NCBI GenBank assembly: GCA_964468895.1
Contig: CAYXWT010000007.1
Coordinates: 1 to 25,062, forward strand
Length of the DNA stretch: 25,062 nt
From: an uncultured archaeon
GTDB taxonomy: Archaea > Iainarchaeota > Iainarchaeia > Iainarchaeales > CSSED10-239
Direction: 5' to 3'
Shown: positions 22,051 through 25,062 of the stretch, one piece after another
Numbering within the stretch: the stretch's first letter is position 1
Layout of the letters: each line of letters begins with the position of its first letter
Made by a program: the position numbers and the translations under genes
Notes under the pieces: model-generated
What the model was told of the DNA's origin: nothing
Databases searched by the model: none
Seen by the model: only the letters and a program-made list of their open reading frames with translations

Positions 22051-22959
22051 ATGGCTATGAAATGTCCAGAATGTGGTAAAAATACTGTTTATAAAGATCC
22101 AAAAACAGGAGAACTAGTTTGTAGAAGCTGTCATACTGTAATAAGCGAAGATATGGTTGACTTAGGTAAAGAATGGAGAAACTTTGATCAAGGAAATACT
22201 TCAGAACAAGCAAGAAGCGGTTCACCTATGAAGTATGTCAAGATGAATAAAGGTCTTGAGACTATGATCGAAAGAAGTGGAAGAGATTTAAGAGGTAATA
22301 AACTATCATCTAAATCTAGAGCTCAAATGTATAGATTAATTAAATGGCATAAAAGATCATCTATATCAAATTCTATGCAAAGAAATTTATCTATAGCTTT
22401 AACTGAACTTAGAAGAATTGGTTCTTATTTGAATATTTCTGATTCATTAATAGAAACTGCTGCATTATTATACAGAAAAACAGTAGAAAAAGGCCTTATT
22501 AGAGGTAGATTAATAGAAGCTGTTGTTTCTGCAGTATTATATTCTGTATGTAGAACATATAATGTTCCTAGAACTTTAAATGAAATGGCAGAAGCAAGTG
22601 GTTTAACTAAAAAAGAAATAGGTAGAACTTATAGATTTATAGTTAAGGAACTTGATATTGCCGTACCTTTAACAGATCCGACATATTATATAAGTAGATT
22701 TGTTTCAGTATTAGGTCTTGGAGGCAAGGTTGAAGAAACAGGTAAGGAGATAGTTAAAAAAGCTATTGCTAGTGGTTTAATTTCCGGTAGAGGACCTACA
22801 GGTGTTGCAGCAGCTGCTGTTTACATTGCTGCTTTAATGGAAGGTGAACGTAGAACTCAAAAAGAAGTTGCTAATGTTGCTGGTGTTACTGAAGTTACTA
22901 TTAGAAATAGATACAGAGAACTTAAAGCTAAACTTAAACTGAAAATAGAAGGAGCATAA
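22051..22959 (+). CDS. tfb: Transcription initiation factor IIB (TFB)
   Basis: The N-terminal Zn ribbon is CPECGKNTVYKDPKTGELVCRSCHTVI. The B-reader/linker and two cyclin folds follow (LIRGRLIEAVVSAVLYSVCR, GRGPTGVAAAAVYIAAL, VTEVTIRNRYREL). The gene is visibly more G+C-rich than its surroundings. Confidence 0.95.
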   Translation: MAMKCPECGKNTVYKDPKTGELVCRSCHTVISEDMVDLGKEWRNFDQGNTSEQARSGSPMKYVKMNKGLETMIERSGRDLRGNKLSSKSRAQMYRLIKWHKRSSISNSMQRNLSIALTELRRIGSYLNISDSLIETAALLYRKTVEKGLIRGRLIEAVVSAVLYSVCRTYNVPRTLNEMAEASGLTKKEIGRTYRFIVKELDIAVPLTDPTYYISRFVSVLGLGGKVEETGKEIVKKAIASGLISGRGPTGVAAAAVYIAALMEGERRTQKEVANVAGVTEVTIRNRYRELKAKLKLKIEGA

Positions 22960-22964
22960 ATCTT

Positions 22965-23000
22965 CTTCTTTTTCACTCCTTTTTATTATTTTTTTATTTT
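22965..23000 (+). terminator. Oligo-T tracts downstream of tfb (archaeal-type terminator candidate)
   Basis: T5 (22969-22973), T5 (22980-22984) and T7 (22989-22995) lie within 40 nt of the TAA stop. Confidence 0.35.
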
Positions 23001-23548
23001 CACTATTTTTATTCCTATTAAATTTTTTCCAATTAATATTGCTGTTTTATTACTATACATAAAAATAGTTGCAGGAAATAAATAACTTTTAGGAGCAAAT
23101 CTTATTTATTTAACAAACTGATTACCTTTTAGTATTTTATTTTGTAAATCATAGCTGTATATAAAATTTTCAAGAATTTTTTTTTAAATTAATTTTCTAT
23201 TCTATTGATACATATGTGTACCTATTGTTTCAAAAAATTTAGCATCTCCTCCAAAACAATTATAATATTGTTTTTCTTTAATAATATCTTCAGATATATT
23301 TTTTAAGGCTTTTTTACCTTCAAAAACAAAAATATTTTATTTATTTATTTTTTTGTTTATTAAATCTAAAGTAGGCAGAATAATTTCAGATTTGATTTTA
23401 AAGTTTTTAATAGCATTTTTTTTAAAATTATATTTAATATTTTTTCATATCTATTAATAGTAAGATAAATTTTTATAAGATTATTTTTTTTAAAAAGAAG
23501 TGTATATGTTTATAATAAGTATTACTTAAAATTTTTATTGTATAATAT

Positions 23549-25057
23549 TTGTTTTTAAAATTAAATGGTGATAATTTGTTTAAGATATTTAGAAAAAATA
23601 AAAAAAATGTTGTTGACAATCAATCAAAAATACCTACACCTTCAATTAAAGTTAAGAGGGTAATAAATCCTATATTTAAAAAAAAGGCCAAAGGTACAAA
23701 AAGTAATCCTACTTTAAGAGAAGCAAAAAATAAATTGAAAAAGTATCATTCTGAAGAGATACATGGTTTTTTGAAAAACCTTGGTACTAAAGAAAATCCT
23801 GCAAGAAGTCTTCTAGCTAAAGGTATAGATGCAAGGCAGTTAAAAAAAAGAGGTTTTAATGTTGTACTTTTAAAAAATTTAGGTTTTGGAATTGGTGAAT
23901 TACATATACTAGGTTTTAATGCTTTGGATTTAATGAGAACAGGTGTTACTTCTCTTGAATTTAAAAAAATTGGTATTAATGCTGTAAAACTTTACAAAGA
24001 AAATATTAGTGCTAGTTTGTTAAAAAAAATTGGTTTTGGAATTGGTGAATTAAAGAATGCTGGTTTTGATGTTCGTAAGTTAAAGACTGCTGGTTTTGGT
24101 GCTGGTGAATTAAAAAAAGTTGGTTTTGGAGCTGGTGAATTAATGAAAGTTGGTTTTGGAGCTGGTGAATTAAAGAAAGCCGGTTTTGGTCTTAAAATTT
24201 TAACAGAAATTGGTTTTGGTCCTGATAAATTAAAGAAGGCTGGTTTTGGTGTTGGTGAATTAAAAAAAGGTGGTTTTAAAGCTCGTCATTTACGTAATTT
24301 TGGTTTTGGTGCTGTTGAATTAAAGAAAGCTGGTTTTACTGCTGTTGAGTTAAAGAAAGCTGGTTTTAGTTTTAAAATATTGTCAGAAGAACTACAGTTT
24401 TCTACTGTTGAATTAAAAAGTGCAGGTTTTGGTGTTAGGGAATTCCATAATGCTGGTTTTAATGGTGTTAGTTTAAAAAAAATGGGTTTTAGTGTTGGTG
24501 AAGTGTTGAAAATTTATAACTTAAAAACATTAAAAAAAATTGGTTTTACTGCTGTTGAATTTAAGAATGCTGGTTTTGGTCCTAGAATTTTAAAAGAATC
24601 TGGTTTTGGTAATGTTGCAATAAAATCTGCTGGTTTTAAACTTATAGAATTGAAAAAGGATGGTTTTACTGCTAGTGAATTATCAGGTATAGGGTTTACT
24701 GTTAAGGAATTAAAGGAAGTAGGGTTTACTGTTAAAGAATTAATAAAAGAACGTTTTACAATTAAGGAATTGATACAAGGAGATTGTTCTGCTAAAGAAT
24801 TAAGAGGATCTCTTAGGAATATTAATTTTAAAAGAGCTGGTTTTAATATTATTAAATTAAAAAATATAGGTTTTACTTGTCTTGAGTTAAGAAATAGGGG
24901 TTTTAATATTGTAGATTTAAAAAATGCTGGCTTTGGAATCGTGGATATAGTTTCTACAAACAGGTTTACAATTTCTGAACTATTACAAACAGGTTATTCT
25001 CAAAAAGAAGTTAATTTAGCATTTGGAAAACTAAAATCTAAAGGTACTAAAAAATAA
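23549..25057 (+). CDS. Basic tandem-repeat protein: about 40 consecutive decapeptide units (consensus GFxxxELKKA), pentapeptide-repeat-like
   Basis: A single 502-codon ORF with no in-frame ATG near the 5' end. The track start is the TTG at 23549. The TTG at 23576 is preceded by GGTGA (23567-23571) and a 4-nt spacer, exactly as for the 19291 gene, and is the more likely start. The lysine-rich N-terminal ~85 aa are followed by the repeat array. Confidence 0.8.
   Translation: MFLKLNGDNLFKIFRKNKKNVVDNQSKIPTPSIKVKRVINPIFKKKAKGTKSNPTLREAKNKLKKYHSEEIHGFLKNLGTKENPARSLLAKGIDARQLKKRGFNVVLLKNLGFGIGELHILGFNALDLMRTGVTSLEFKKIGINAVKLYKENISASLLKKIGFGIGELKNAGFDVRKLKTAGFGAGELKKVGFGAGELMKVGFGAGELKKAGFGLKILTEIGFGPDKLKKAGFGVGELKKGGFKARHLRNFGFGAVELKKAGFTAVELKKAGFSFKILSEELQFSTVELKSAGFGVREFHNAGFNGVSLKKMGFSVGEVLKIYNLKTLKKIGFTAVEFKNAGFGPRILKESGFGNVAIKSAGFKLIELKKDGFTASELSGIGFTVKELKEVGFTVKELIKERFTIKELIQGDCSAKELRGSLRNINFKRAGFNIIKLKNIGFTCLELRNRGFNIVDLKNAGFGIVDIVSTNRFTISELLQTGYSQKEVNLAFGKLKSKGTKK
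23810..25010 (+). repeat. 30-nt coding tandem repeat array (about 40 units)
   Basis: Example units are gttggttttggagctggtgaattaatgaaa (24119-24148) and gttggttttggagctggtgaattaaagaaa (24149-24178), which differ at 2 of 30 positions. A second near-identical pair is at about 24700-24760. Outer units are more diverged. The register holds except for a few +/-1 codon slips. Confidence 0.9.
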
Positions 25058-25062
25058 AATTT

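Noticed and set aside
23810-25010. A regular 30-nt periodic repeat array that superficially resembles a CRISPR locus.
   Set aside because: The repeats are contiguous with no unique spacers. They sit in one long open reading frame with a coherent decapeptide consensus. No leader or cas genes are present. This is a coding tandem repeat.
1-25062. Possible stop-codon reassignment or an alternative genetic code.
   Set aside because: All conserved genes translate full-length with the standard code. TAA, TAG and TGA all terminate recognisable proteins at the expected ends.

Overview
Very AT-rich, tightly packed archaeal chromosome fragment. Spacers are mostly under 150 nt, with one 4-nt overlap and one 0-nt stop-to-stop junction. 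The marker set is TFB, fibrillarin plus Nop5, Pus10, ribosomal proteins L15e and L35Ae, archaeal/eukaryal-type GlyRS, RNase HII, and three intron-less tRNAs without encoded CCA. These markers, the unusually short versions of several conserved proteins, and frequent GGTGA Shine-Dalgarno motifs fit a reduced-genome, DPANN-like archaeon. This lineage call is inference, not proof. Rubrerythrin, desulfoferrodoxin and Ogg sit together, suggesting an anaerobe's oxidative-damage cluster. Several accessory patches lie between the housekeeping genes. (1) The left edge carries a membrane-anchored surface protein, an AlbA_2/HATPase/wHTH gene and a coiled-coil protein. (2) A PIN-like (DUF3368-type)/UPF0175-like pair is wedged between rbr and dfx. 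(3) A ~3-kb rearranged patch lies downstream of tRNA-Thr. It holds a double-wHTH plus minimal nucleotidyltransferase module behind a 30-bp palindrome centred on its TATA box, a fused scar (GNAT 3' fragment plus a decayed full-length tRNA-Thr copy), and a frameshifted kinase-like gene. (4) Two small membrane proteins, an acidic coiled-coil protein and a HerA/DUF87-like protein with degenerate Walker motifs form a cluster. (5) The right edge carries a 502-aa basic protein built from about 40 consecutive decapeptide (30-nt) repeats, GFxxxELKKA. I found no CRISPR array, rRNA, integrase or transposase. All functional calls rest on motif recognition by eye and need profile searches to confirm.
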